Of a DNA stretch of 64,000 nt, positions 52,790 to 62,454 are shown piece by piece. Source of the DNA: Planctomycetota bacterium. Its GTDB lineage: Bacteria; Planctomycetota; PUPC01; DSUN01. The position numbers and the translations under genes are program-made. Within the stretch, counting starts at the first letter, position 1, and the number at the start of each line of letters is the position of its first letter. Where the stretch lies: NCBI GenBank assembly GCA_035384565.1, contig DAOOIT010000011.1:51282-115281 (forward strand). Reading direction: 5' to 3'. Below the pieces are notes generated by a model, which was given only the letters and a program-made list of their open reading frames with translations, had not been told where the DNA came from and searched no databases.

Positions 52790-53764
52790 GTTCCTGCTCT
52801 CTCTGGAATCGGTGATCGGCAGCCACTATTGACTCTTGCGCAGGCAATGCCAGGCTCTGTCATGCCGAGCGAACAGGAGCCACAAGAGGAGCCGTGCATG
52901 ACAGAGTATATCGCATTGGACTGCCATAAGCACCACGCGCTGATGAAACGCGAGGAGGCGACGGGGAACTGTGCCCTGCGAGGCCGAGGAAGAATGGATG
53001 CGACACGCCCTCCGAACACGCTCATGCCTCCCCCAGAGGGCGAAGAGATGATGGCTCTTTGGGGTTTGGCGATCTCGCCTCGCCTGGCCGGTGGAGGGTG
53101 TGGGCACGCCCTCTCCTGGCGGACCTGGGGGTTCCTGGGGAGGGCTGTGCCGAGTGGCTGGCGGGCGTCGCCTGTCCATGCTGTATCAACCCTGTGAGGA
53201 GGAGAGTGATACAGCATGGGTAGATGGGCGAGAATGGGCGATTCTCGCGGCTCCGGCCATATTCGCTCATCTGTGGGATGAGCAAGCATGTGAGCGGGAA
53301 TGGCCGGAGGGCGCAAGGCGTTGCGGCATAGAGGGTTATGGCAAGGCCTCGCCGCCGCAGCCCTCGTCCCGCGGTCCCCATCGGCTGCCGCGTCGGGATC
53401 GCCAGACCCTGATGAGCCAGATGATTGGGTTCGTGTCCCCACGAATCGTGCGTTCGCCCTCACCGCGAGTCCCCGCCGGGCGGGCCATCGGAGCAGGAGA
53501 GCCCGTGCCGCATCTGCGCGCACCGCCATCGAGCGCTTTCCCCCTTGACAGCCGCACTTTCAGAGATACTGCTCCGGCCGCGAACCGGGTTCTCAGCGGC
53601 CGGAACCACGGGGCGTCGGCCAGGGCCTCCAGCGTAGCCGCAAGCGTCCCGCTTGCGATGGTTCTCGACAACCGAGACGCTTGTCGCTACACGGAGGGAT
53701 GCAGACTGATTCGCGGCCGGAGCAGCAACAAGCTTGTGCGCGCGCAGTCCGGCGAGCCGGTGAG

Positions 53765-54889
53765 CTAGGCCTCGACCTTCACGGCGCAGACCTGGAAGCG
53801 GCCGTCCACAGTGTCGTTGTAGAGCAGCCAGCGCGAGTCGGCCGAGAAGCCGGCCTCGACGTGCTGCCCGCGGAACGGCGCGTGGGGCGTGTGCACCGTG
53901 GCCACCGGCGCGAACTCCACCTTGGGACTCCCCCAGGCAAACGGCGCCAGGTGTACGAAGCGGTGTCCCTCGGTGCCTTCGCCGCAGACCCAGCGGCCGT
54001 CGGGCGACGCGGCGATGTGGGTGTGATAGCAGTTCAGCGGCTCGGAGAGGAACACCTCGTTGCCGGCGAGGTCGGCGATGCCCAGGCGCGCCGGCACAGG
54101 GGCGCGCTCGCACCAGGGCAGCTCGAAGAGTGTCGGGTCGCCGCGGCGGTCCTGGTACGTGTAGCCCACGTGCTCGCCGCCCGGCCACCAGAACTCGTGG
54201 GTCACGACCTCGAAGGTCTCCTGGTGGCGGATGCGCCGCAGCTCCGAGCCGTCCACCCGCACCGTCCACATCCGCTGGCCCAGGCCCTCGAGCATGTCCT
54301 TGGCGAACCTCAGCAGGCCGGGGTCGGTGGGCGACGTATCGAGGTGGAAGAAGCAGAATTCGATCGACTCAGCGAGTCGGGTGACGGCGCCCGAGGCGAA
54401 GTCGTAGGCCCAGATGCGGCCGTGGCGCGGGCGGGCGAGGAAGCGCCAGAGGGCCGTGGCGTCGCGGGTGGTGGGCACGGGGGGCGAGGCGTCCTCCTGG
54501 ATGTTCTGGCGCAGGATGACGGTGCGCCCGTCGCAGGTGACGTCGGAGAGGTGGCCGGGCGCCTCCTGGGGCACCTCGCCCACGGGCTGGGGCGAGCCGT
54601 CGGGCAGATCCACCGCCCACACCTTGCGGCCCAGCTCGGGCAGGAACCACAGGCGCCCGGTCTCTTCGTTGAGCTTGAGGAACTGCGCCACGAAGAGCTT
54701 CTTGGGCCTCACGTCGCCGCTGTCGGGGTCCAGGAGCACCACGTTGCCGTCGCTGTGGCGGCCCCAGGCGAGCACGAAGCCGCCCGGCACGCGGCGAGGA
54801 AGGCGGAAGTAGCCCAGCGTGGCGCCCTGCGGCAGATCGGTGAGCTGCCGCACGGCGCGTCCCGTGTGCGGATCAACCCATTCCTGCAT
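53765..54889 (-). CDS. PL22-like oligogalacturonate lyase / TolB-like propeller protein
   Basis: MQEWVDPHTGRAVRQLTDLP...YF... resembles the N-terminal pattern of oligogalacturonide lyases. ATG 54889; the track ORF starts at an upstream TTG. Confidence 0.5.
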   Translation of the reverse strand: MQEWVDPHTGRAVRQLTDLPQGATLGYFRLPRRVPGGFVLAWGRHSDGNVVLLDPDSGDVRPKKLFVAQFLKLNEETGRLWFLPELGRKVWAVDLPDGSPQPVGEVPQEAPGHLSDVTCDGRTVILRQNIQEDASPPVPTTRDATALWRFLARPRHGRIWAYDFASGAVTRLAESIEFCFFHLDTSPTDPGLLRFAKDMLEGLGQRMWTVRVDGSELRRIRHQETFEVVTHEFWWPGGEHVGYTYQDRRGDPTLFELPWCERAPVPARLGIADLAGNEVFLSEPLNCYHTHIAASPDGRWVCGEGTEGHRFVHLAPFAWGSPKVEFAPVATVHTPHAPFRGQHVEAGFSADSRWLLYNDTVDGRFQVCAVKVEA

Positions 54890-54985
54890 GCGGAGGCCCT
54901 CGTCCTGAGTCGCTGGGGCGCGCCCTCGCGCCCCGACCTGGAGTATACCGTGCGCGTCGCGCCGGCGCAACCTCCGGCCACGGGC

Positions 54986-55732
54986 TCATGGGCTGGGGGG
55001 AGCCGAGCTGCGCAGCGCGGCCCGCACCTTGGCCCACAGGGCCTCGATGGCCGCCTCATTCTCGGCGTAGAACCTGGTTTTCGAGCACTCGCGGCGCAGC
55101 CGGTTCAGGTGGCTCTCTGCCGTCAGCCACACGCGGTCGGACGCCGTGCGCTGGGCGTCGTTGAACAACTGCCTGGCCCAGACCTCCAGTGGGTCAATCG
55201 GCGCCTCGGGGGCGATGGCGGTCGTGGGGTCCACCTTGGGCACGGGCTTGGACCGCGGCCGCCGGCTGAACATGCCCGATGAGATGGCCACAATGCCCAC
55301 GATCATGCCCACGCCCAGCAGCCCGCCGATGATCGTGTAGAGGACGATCCGATGCGCTTCTCGCTTGTGGGCGGCCACGAGTTCTTCCCGCGATCGGTGC
55401 GCGTGCTCGCCGTGAGGGCCGCTGGCCGGCCCGTGCACGATGCGGCCGGGCGCGCGGGTGGGCTGTGTCTGCGCGGGCGGCGCGATGTCTGGCGCGGCGG
55501 GTTCCGCCGGCGGTGCGATGTCGGGGATCGCCGCCGCCTGCTCCGATGGGGGGGCGATGTCGGGGATGGCGGACGACGGCTCGGCGGCCTCGGCGGGGGG
55601 GGCCGGGGCCTCGGCTTCCCTGGGCACGGCGAGCGTGGTACGGCACTTCGGGCACTCGACCTGGTCGGCGAGCGCCGGGTCATACTCGAGCAACTGGCCG
55701 CACTGGGGACACTCCCCGTAGTGTCGGGTCAT
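54986..55732 (-). CDS. Zinc-ribbon membrane protein with Pro-rich IPDIAPP repeats
   Basis: CPQCGQLLEYDPALADQVECPKCRT. AIPDIAPP repeated three times (about nt 55472-55570). One TM helix (IVLYTIIGGLLGVGMIVGIVAI). Confidence 0.65.
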   Translation of the reverse strand: MTRHYGECPQCGQLLEYDPALADQVECPKCRTTLAVPREAEAPAPPAEAAEPSSAIPDIAPPSEQAAAIPDIAPPAEPAAPDIAPPAQTQPTRAPGRIVHGPASGPHGEHAHRSREELVAAHKREAHRIVLYTIIGGLLGVGMIVGIVAISSGMFSRRPRSKPVPKVDPTTAIAPEAPIDPLEVWARQLFNDAQRTASDRVWLTAESHLNRLRRECSKTRFYAENEAAIEALWAKVRAALRSSAPPSP

Positions 55733-55816
55733 GGCCACGCCCCTCCGTTGGCTCCCGCGCGAGGGGGTTTCTCGCGTCACGTGGATGCTACCGGTGCGCG
55801 GCCCGGATGTCAAGCC

Positions 55817-56359
55817 TCAGCGCGAACGGTGGCGGGGGCGCCTGGCCCCGAGCGGCATCCGCCGGTCGGGGCCCGCCTCGCCGAATGCCTGGAGGAACTC
55901 GTCCATCTCCTCGGCCGATGGCCGGCCGGTCTTGGCGTCGCGCTCGGCCTCGTCGGGCGCCGCGCGCTGGGCCTCGAGCCGGCTCTCGCGCAGGAAGACC
56001 TGCGACGGCACCACGGTCGCGCCGCGCGCCGCGCAGGCGCGCATCAGCTCGCCGTCCGAGGTCACCACGCGCAGCTTCCTGGGCGCGGGGCTCGCCTCGA
56101 CGAGGCGGCGGATCTCGTCGTCGGCCGTGTGAGGCGGGTGGGTGTGGAGGATGCGGAGGCCGCTCTCTTTGCGGTCGGAGTGCGCTCCGCCGCGGAACCG
56201 GCTGCTGTCGAAGACAACTGTTGCGGGCTCGCCTGTGGTGCTGTGGTGGCGGATCAGGCTGCCCACCAGTTGCTCCTGAGCGGCTTCCAGGACCTCGGGG
56301 TTTGGGGCTTTGCCGCCGAGCATGGCGAAGAGCACGTTGTAGCCGTCGAGGATCAGCAT
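55817..56359 (-). CDS. NYN/YacP-like ribonuclease domain protein
   Basis: MLILDGYNVLF...VVFD...VVTSD pattern of the YacP (Rae1-like) NYN domain. Confidence 0.7.
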   Translation of the reverse strand: MLILDGYNVLFAMLGGKAPNPEVLEAAQEQLVGSLIRHHSTTGEPATVVFDSSRFRGGAHSDRKESGLRILHTHPPHTADDEIRRLVEASPAPRKLRVVTSDGELMRACAARGATVVPSQVFLRESRLEAQRAAPDEAERDAKTGRPSAEEMDEFLQAFGEAGPDRRMPLGARRPRHRSR

Positions 56360-56375
56360 GAGACACCAGGGCGTT

Positions 56376-57647
56376 TCAGGCTCGGAACTTCACGGCTCCG
56401 CCCACGAGGGTGGCGGCGGCGCGGCCGCGCACCTTCCAGCCGTGGAAGGGGCAGTTGCGGCTCCGGCTGCGGAAGGCCGCGGCGTCAATCGTCCACTCGG
56501 CCTCGGGGTCAATCAGCGTGATGTCCGCGGGCCGGCCGGCCGCGAGCGTGCCTGTCTCAAGGCCGAGGATGCGCGCGGGGTTGCACGTGAGGGCGGCGAG
56601 GGCCTGCGGCCAAGTGAGGATGCCGGGCTCGATGAGCCGGGTGACGAGGACGGGCAGCAGGGTTTCGAGGCCGATGACGCCGAAGGGCGCGGCCTTGAAC
56701 TCCACAGCTTTCTTCTCGGCGGCGTGGGGCGCGTGGTCGGAGACCAGGCAGTCGAGCGTGCCATCGGCGAGGGCGGCGCGCAGGGCGGCCACGTCGGCGT
56801 CGCTGCGCAACGGCGGGTTCATCTTGAGGTGGGTGTCGAAGCTCTGCACCGCCTCGTCGGTGAGCACGAGATGGTGGATGGCCACGTCGGCGGTGACGGG
56901 CACGCCGCGCGCCTTGGCGTCGCGGATGAGGCGCACGGTGCCCGCCGTGCTGGCATGGGTGACGTGGAGGCGCGCTCCGGCCGTAGCCTCGGCGAGGATC
57001 AGGTCGCGGGCGACCATGACCTCTTCGGCGGCGGCGGGGATGCCGCCGAGGCCGAGCTTGACCGACCAGAGGCCCGCGTGCATCACGCCGCCGGCGAGGG
57101 CCTTGTCCTCGCAGTGCGCGATGAGGGGCTTGCCGAGCATGGCGGCGTATTGGAGCGCGGTGCGCATCAGGCGCGGGTTCTGCACGCCGTCGCCGTCGTC
57201 GGAGAAGGCGACGGCGCCGGCGCGGGCCATCTGGCCCATTTCGGCGAGGCGTTCGCCCTTGCGGCCGGCGCTGATGGCGCCCACGACGAGCACGCGCGCC
57301 AGGCCCGCCGCCTCGGCCTGCCGGAGCTGGAAGGCCACGGAGGGCTCGTCGTCCACGGGCGGGTCGGTGTTGGGCATGACGGCCACGGTGGTGAAGCCGC
57401 CGGCGACGGCGGCCGCGGCGCCGCTGGCAATGGTCTCTTCGCGCTCGTTGCCCGGTTCGCGGAAGTGCACGTGCAGGTCGATCAGGCCGGGGGCGACAAT
57501 CAGGCCGCGGGCGTCCAGCGTCCTCGCCCTCTTCGTCACGCGGCCGACCGCGGCGATGCGGCCTTTCTCGATCAGCACGTCGGCCCTCTGGTCGAGGCCC
57601 TGCGCCGGGTCAATCACCCGTCCGCCCCTGATCACCAACTCAGCCAC
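56376..57647 (-). CDS. pyrC: Dihydroorotase
   Basis: GLIDLHVHFREPG, full-length amidohydrolase, GTG start 57647. Confidence 0.9.
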   Translation of the reverse strand: MAELVIRGGRVIDPAQGLDQRADVLIEKGRIAAVGRVTKRARTLDARGLIVAPGLIDLHVHFREPGNEREETIASGAAAAVAGGFTTVAVMPNTDPPVDDEPSVAFQLRQAEAAGLARVLVVGAISAGRKGERLAEMGQMARAGAVAFSDDGDGVQNPRLMRTALQYAAMLGKPLIAHCEDKALAGGVMHAGLWSVKLGLGGIPAAAEEVMVARDLILAEATAGARLHVTHASTAGTVRLIRDAKARGVPVTADVAIHHLVLTDEAVQSFDTHLKMNPPLRSDADVAALRAALADGTLDCLVSDHAPHAAEKKAVEFKAAPFGVIGLETLLPVLVTRLIEPGILTWPQALAALTCNPARILGLETGTLAAGRPADITLIDPEAEWTIDAAAFRSRSRNCPFHGWKVRGRAAATLVGGAVKFRA

Positions 57648-57703
57648 GGCGAATCCCCTTCACTGCAAGCACCCTGGCGTCGGGACTCGTGCGCGCACGT
57701 CTG

Positions 57704-57778
57704 GGGGATGAATGGAGGGATGGATGGGTGGATGGGTGTCAGACAGTCATCCATTCATCCAACCATCCAATCATCCCC
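57704..57778. repeat. GGATGR-rich intergenic hairpin repeat, copy 2
   Basis: GGGGGATGAATGGAGGGATGGATGGGTGGATGGGTGTCAGACAGTCATCCATTCATCCAACCATCCAATCATCCCC, between pyrB and pyrC. Confidence 0.8.
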
Positions 57779-57823
57779 TTGGGTTGCAGCGCAAGGCCCG
57801 ATGCCACCTACGCCGCACCGGAT

Positions 57824-58747
57824 TCACCTCCCCCCTGCGACCAGCGCCAGCACGGCCATGCGCACGGCCACGCCGTTGGTCACTTGTTCGAGAATCACCG
57901 AGCGGCAGCCGTCGGCCACATCGGGCGTGATTTCGACGCCGCGGTTGATCGGGCCGGGGTGCAGCACCAGGACGTCGGGCTTCGCACGCTTGAGCCGATC
58001 GGCATCGAGGCCGAAGAGGCGCGAGTACTCGCGAATGGAGGGGAAGGGCTGCTCCTCGAGCCGCTCGGTCTGGATGCGGAGCATGTTGATCACGTCCACG
58101 TGCGGTAGCACGTCGTCGAGGCTGTGCGCCACCTGGGCGCCGAGTTTCCGGAAGGCGCCGGGCACGAGGGTAGGGGGCCCGACGACGGTGACCTCGGCCC
58201 CGAGTTTGCGCAGGCCGTAGAGGTTCGAGCGAGCGACGCGGCTGTGGGCGATGTCGCCCACGATGGCCACGTGGAGGCCGGCGATGCGGCCGCGGCGCTG
58301 GCGGATGGTGAGGATGTCGAGGAGGCCCTGGGTGGGGTGCTCGCGCTGGCCGTCGCCGGCGTTGATGATCGAGGCGCGGATGCTGCGGGCGAGGAGTTGC
58401 GGCGCGCCCGAGGCGCCGTGGCGCATCACGGCGATGTCAATGCCGCCCATCGCCTCGATGTTGCGGGCCGTGTCCACCAGCGTCTCGCCCTTCGAGGTGC
58501 TGGAGACGGCGACGTCGAAGTTGAGGACGGTGGCCCCGAGGCGGCGTTCGGCCAGCTCGAACGAGGTGCGGGTGCGGGTGCTGGGCTCGAAGAAGAGGTT
58601 GATGACGGCCTTGCCGCGCAGGTCGTCGCGCGGGGCGTCGTTGCGAGCGACGAGGGGGCGGAAGTCGTCGGCCAGGTCGAGCACGCGGGTGATTTCGGCG
58701 GCCGAGTAGTCCTCCAGCCCCAGCAGGTGCTTGTGCGTCCAATCCAC
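57824..58747 (-). CDS. pyrB: Aspartate carbamoyltransferase catalytic subunit
   Basis: FFEPSTRTR, HPTQ and LHPGP motifs. There is no ATG in range. GTG 58747 lies 7 nt after GGAGG and gives a 307-aa protein. The long track ORF (to 59827) overlaps the upstream gene out of frame. Confidence 0.9.
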   Translation of the reverse strand: MDWTHKHLLGLEDYSAAEITRVLDLADDFRPLVARNDAPRDDLRGKAVINLFFEPSTRTRTSFELAERRLGATVLNFDVAVSSTSKGETLVDTARNIEAMGGIDIAVMRHGASGAPQLLARSIRASIINAGDGQREHPTQGLLDILTIRQRRGRIAGLHVAIVGDIAHSRVARSNLYGLRKLGAEVTVVGPPTLVPGAFRKLGAQVAHSLDDVLPHVDVINMLRIQTERLEEQPFPSIREYSRLFGLDADRLKRAKPDVLVLHPGPINRGVEITPDVADGCRSVILEQVTNGVAVRMAVLALVAGGR

Positions 58748-58791
58748 GGGGTTGCCTCCGGGCGCTTCGGCCGCGCGTCGCGCATCGGGGC

Positions 58792-60123
58792 TCAGACTTC
58801 CCAGCCTTTGCGGTACTCGCGCTTGACGAAGCGGTTGATCTCGGGCATGTTGGTGCACTCCATCTTCTCGACATCCCAGTCGAGCTTCTTGCCGACTCCG
58901 GCGAACATAGCCAGGTGGCCGGTGAGCACCCAGGCGGTGAGGGGGCCGGCGGCGTCGGGGAAGTTGGAGGCGGGTGTGCCGCCGTTGCGGATGCACCAGA
59001 AGAGGTCCTCGATGGGGCCGCCGTGGGCGCGGGGCAGGGTCTTCTCGGGCGGCTTGAAGTCGTTGCGCCGCTCTTCGGTGATGATGTAGGGCTCGTGGCC
59101 CATGAGGCCCTTGTCGCCGATGAGCAGGCTGGCCTCGCCGAACTTGCGGTCGTACTTCTTCTCGACCTCTTTCATCACCTCGGGCTTCAGGTCGCCGTGG
59201 TCGTAGGCGTAGACCTTGCACGGCGGCTGGCCCTCGCGCTCGGGCAGCTCCCACAGGAGCACGTTGTCCTGGGGATACATCTCCTCGCTGCCGCCCTTGG
59301 TGTGGAGGCAGGTGACGGAGAACTTCTTGAGGGTGTAGATCTTGAGCGGCCAGAAGATGCGGGCGAGGTGGTGGCAGGCCATGTCGCCGATGGTGCCGGT
59401 GCCGAATTGGCGCCACGAGCGCCACGAGAAGGGGTGGAGGCCGTCGTGGTAGTCGCGGTGCGGGGCGGGGCCAAGCCACTCGTCCCAGTGCAGGCCCTCG
59501 GGCACGGGCTTCGAGGCGGGCCGGCCGCCGCTGCCGCCAAAGTTGCGGCCGAGGATGGTGTGGGTCTCGGTGATGTTGCCGATGGCGCCGGCCCAGGTGA
59601 ACTCGACGAGGCGGCGCATGCCCTCGTCGCAGTAGCCCTGGTTGCCCATCTGGGTGCAGACCTTCTTCTCGCGGGCCGCCTTGGCGAGGGCGTAGCACTC
59701 GTAGATGTTGTGGGCGAGCGGCTTCTGGGCGAAGGCGTGCTTGCCGAGCTGGATGGCGCGAATCGAGGCCGGGGCGTGATGGTGGTCGGGCGTGCCGGTG
59801 AGCACCACGTCGAGGTCCTTGTGGCACTCGTCGAGCATCTTGCGGTAGTCGGTGTAGACTTTGGGCGGGGGAGCGTCCTTGGCGCGTTCCTGGACGATCT
59901 TCATCGCTTCGGCGGCGCGCTTGTCCTCGATCTCCACGATGGCCACGAGGCGCTCGCGGAGGCCCTGGTCGAGGCTGTAGCCGCCCATGCCGCGCGCGCC
60001 CACCACGGCCACGCCGAGCTTCTGCGCGGGAGCGTCGGCCGCCAGAACGGTGAGGCGGCCGCCCAGGGCCGCCGCGCCGGCCGCCGCGGCCGCGCCGAAC
60101 CGCAGGAACTCGCGCCGCGCCAT
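58792..60123 (-). CDS. Gfo/Idh/MocA family oxidoreductase with TAT signal
   Basis: MARREFLRFGAAAAAGAAAL twin-arginine signal, LGVAVVGARGMGG, FAQKP. Confidence 0.8.
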   Translation of the reverse strand: MARREFLRFGAAAAAGAAALGGRLTVLAADAPAQKLGVAVVGARGMGGYSLDQGLRERLVAIVEIEDKRAAEAMKIVQERAKDAPPPKVYTDYRKMLDECHKDLDVVLTGTPDHHHAPASIRAIQLGKHAFAQKPLAHNIYECYALAKAAREKKVCTQMGNQGYCDEGMRRLVEFTWAGAIGNITETHTILGRNFGGSGGRPASKPVPEGLHWDEWLGPAPHRDYHDGLHPFSWRSWRQFGTGTIGDMACHHLARIFWPLKIYTLKKFSVTCLHTKGGSEEMYPQDNVLLWELPEREGQPPCKVYAYDHGDLKPEVMKEVEKKYDRKFGEASLLIGDKGLMGHEPYIITEERRNDFKPPEKTLPRAHGGPIEDLFWCIRNGGTPASNFPDAAGPLTAWVLTGHLAMFAGVGKKLDWDVEKMECTNMPEINRFVKREYRKGWEV

Positions 60124-60279
60124 CCCCTCCGCCCGTTTCGCCCGCCTGCCTTCGCCTGCCACGTCTCTTCTCCTGTCGGCAAGGGTATCCTTACTCCCGA
60201 ACCGCGCACGATTCTAGCCATTTGCCGGCGACTGCGCAAGGCATTCCATCGCCGCCCCGTCCGCGGTATAATGTGGGCC

Positions 60280-61212
60280 ATGTGTGAGCGAGGCGTTCTG
60301 GCTCTCGGCCTGGTGTGTCTGGCGGGCGCGCTGGCGGCGGCCGAGCCCGACGAGGCGCTGCGCGCACAACTCGCCTGGCAGATCGCGCTGGACCGCGTGG
60401 GCTTCTCGGGCGGCATTCTGGACGGCAAGGTGGGGCCGAAGGGCAAGCTGGCCACGCGCGAGTTCCAGCACGCCCGCGGCCTGCCGGCCACGGGCGCCCT
60501 CGACCCGAGGACGGCCGAGGCGCTGGGCGTGGCGCCCGACCGGGCGCTGGCGCCCTACACCGTGACCGCGGCCGACCTGGCCCTGGTGGGGCCTCTGCCC
60601 ACCACGTGGCCCGAGAAGAGCAAGCAGGACCGCCTGCCGTATCCCTCGCTGGACGAGGCGCTGGCCGAGCGCTTCCACTGCACGCGCGCGCTGCTGGCCG
60701 CGCTGAACCCGGGCAAAGAGATCGCCCGCCTGGCCGCGGGCGATTCGCTCCTCGCGCCGGCCATCGCCCCATCCCCGCCCATCCCCCGGGCCGAAGCCCT
60801 CGAGGTCAACCTCACGGAGAAGGTCATCCGCGCTTTCGGAGAGGGCGGCAAGCTGGTGGGCCTCTTCCACTGCTCGATCGCGGCCGACAAGGCGCGGCTG
60901 CCCTCGGGCCAGGCGAGCGTGATCGTGATCTCGGAGAACCCCGCCTACACCTTCGACCCGAAGATGTGGCCCGAGGTGAAGGACGTGACCCAGAAGCTCA
61001 CCATTCCGCCCGGCCCGCGCAACCCGGTGGGCCTGTGCTGGATCGGCCTGAGCCTGCCCGGCTACGGCATGCACGGCACGCCGATGCCCGAGATGATCGG
61101 CAAGACCGGCTCGCACGGCTGCTTCCGGCTGACGAACTGGGATGCGCTGCGCCTGGCGAAGATGGTGCGGGTGGGCACGCCGGTGCGCTTCACGGCCCGG
61201 CCGGGCGACTAG
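60280..61212 (+). CDS. L,D-transpeptidase (YkuD) with a peptidoglycan-binding domain
   Basis: HGTPMPEMIGKTGSHGCFRLTNWD catalytic motif and a PG_binding_1-like segment (LATREFQHARGLPATGALD). ATG 60280, or ATG 60271, which overlaps a TATAAT box. Confidence 0.85.
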   Translation: MCERGVLALGLVCLAGALAAAEPDEALRAQLAWQIALDRVGFSGGILDGKVGPKGKLATREFQHARGLPATGALDPRTAEALGVAPDRALAPYTVTAADLALVGPLPTTWPEKSKQDRLPYPSLDEALAERFHCTRALLAALNPGKEIARLAAGDSLLAPAIAPSPPIPRAEALEVNLTEKVIRAFGEGGKLVGLFHCSIAADKARLPSGQASVIVISENPAYTFDPKMWPEVKDVTQKLTIPPGPRNPVGLCWIGLSLPGYGMHGTPMPEMIGKTGSHGCFRLTNWDALRLAKMVRVGTPVRFTARPGD

Positions 61213-62338
61213 GCGGTTGTTTCCCCTCGACGAGCTCGACGACTCGCTCGGCGATGCGGCGGGCGGGCCGGCGCGGCGCGTAGGCCCGGGCCGCGGCGGC
61301 CAGGCGCTGGCGCGCCGCCTCGTCGCCGAGCAGGCGCTCGACGGCCGCGGCCAGCGGCTCGCCGGGCCGCGGGCACTCGACGACGCCCTGGGCCGCGAGG
61401 TGGCGGGCGTTGGCCACCTCCTGGCCCGCTAGCGGCGCGATGGCCAGCGTGGGCACGCCCACCGTCACGGCCTCGGTCATCGAGAGGCCGCCCGGCTTCG
61501 ACACGAACAGGTCGCTCGCCGCCATCAGCTCGGCCACGTAGTCCACGAACCCGAACACGTGCAACCGGGTCTGGCCCACGGGCACTAGGCGCTCGAGGCG
61601 GGCGCGGAGCGCCGCGTTGCGCCCCGAGACCACCAGCACGTCGCGGGGCTTGCCGGCCGCCAGGAGGTCGCGCACGGCGCCCTCCATCGGCCCGAGGCCC
61701 AGGCTGCCGCCCATCAGCAGCACGACGGGCACGTCGGGGCGAATCTCGTGCTTCTCCTTGAGCGCGGCCACGTCGAACGGCCCCTCGAACGCGGGGTCAA
61801 TCGGCACGCCCGTGGCCTCGAGGCGCTCGAGGGGGATGCCCGTGGCGGCGAGGCGGATGCGAAGGTCCTCGTCGGGGACGAAGAAGGCGTCAATCTGCCC
61901 ATTGCGCCAGGAGGGATGGGCGTCGAAGTCGGTGACCACGGTGGCCGCGATGCCGCGATGGATGCCGCGGGCGCGCAGCGCGGCCGCGGCTTCGGACCCG
62001 GTGATTTGTGTGGCCAGGATGGCGTCGGGCTGGAACTCGCGGACGAGTTGCTCGAAGGGACGCAGGGCGCGCTGGAGCAGCCAGGGCGGCAGGGTGCCGC
62101 CGCGCCTGGGCGGGTGGCGATAGAGCCACCCCCACAGCCAGGGCGCGTGGCGCACGATGAACAGGTAGCCGGTGACGTAGAGGGTGCGGAACCAGGCGGC
62201 CGCGTGGTCGCGCAGGTCAATCGCGCGCACCTGCCAGCCGGGCGCCCGTTCGGCCATGGCGCGCGCGATGGCCTCGCCGGCCTTGCCGTGGCCGCCGCCG
62301 ACCGACATCGCGACGATTAGCACACGCTGGCTCATCAT
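61190..62338 (-). CDS. GT28-type glycolipid synthase (MGDG synthase/UgtP-like)
   Basis: RVLIVAMSVGGGHGKAGEAIARAM (MGDG_synth N-domain pattern) and a C-terminal GT-B segment VSKPGGLSMTEA. Confidence 0.75.
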   Translation of the reverse strand: MMSQRVLIVAMSVGGGHGKAGEAIARAMAERAPGWQVRAIDLRDHAAAWFRTLYVTGYLFIVRHAPWLWGWLYRHPPRRGGTLPPWLLQRALRPFEQLVREFQPDAILATQITGSEAAAALRARGIHRGIAATVVTDFDAHPSWRNGQIDAFFVPDEDLRIRLAATGIPLERLEATGVPIDPAFEGPFDVAALKEKHEIRPDVPVVLLMGGSLGLGPMEGAVRDLLAAGKPRDVLVVSGRNAALRARLERLVPVGQTRLHVFGFVDYVAELMAASDLFVSKPGGLSMTEAVTVGVPTLAIAPLAGQEVANARHLAAQGVVECPRPGEPLAAAVERLLGDEAARQRLAAAARAYAPRRPARRIAERVVELVEGKQPPSRPAGP

Positions 62339-62381
62339 CGGCAGCTCTTGCGGCGCCCCACGGGACGCGCGGGGCAACCGC

Positions 62382-62454
62382 GGATGAATGGATGAATGGA
62401 TGGGTGGATGGGTGTCAGACAATCATCCATTCATCCGCCCATCCATTCATCCCC
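62382..62454. repeat. GGATGR-rich intergenic hairpin repeat, copy 3
   Basis: GGATGAATGGATGAATGGATGGGTGGATGGGTGTCAGACAATCATCCATTCATCCGCCCATCCATTCATCCCC. The core is nearly identical to copy 2. It overlaps the PAP2 stop codon. Confidence 0.8.

Noticed and set aside
43726-53197. Long + strand ORFs 43726-46290, 46878-50378 and 49997-53197
   Set aside because: All are antisense to well-supported minus-strand genes (GH5-like, PQQ-propeller, GH78) and have shadow-ORF composition.
53091-53768. 225-aa + ORF and 247-aa minus ORF (52786-53529) in the large gap
   Set aside because: There is no SD, the composition is not protein-like (Arg/Pro/Ser/Gly-rich), and no motifs are present. The region is treated as non-coding.
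60266-60272. TATAAT box upstream of the L,D-transpeptidase gene as a full promoter
   Set aside because: It is a perfect -10 hexamer, but the best -35 at 17-nt spacing (TTCCAT) matches the consensus poorly, and the box overlaps the first candidate ATG (60271). It is left unannotated.
56358-61212. Long + strand ORFs 56358-58220, 56410-57711 and the first 450 codons of 58915-61212; minus ORF 57824-59827 beyond 58747
   Set aside because: These are shadows or off-frame extensions over pyrC, pyrB and the Gfo/Idh/MocA gene. Only the segment from ATG 60280 (L,D-transpeptidase) and the GTG 58747 pyrB start are supported by motifs and SD sequences.
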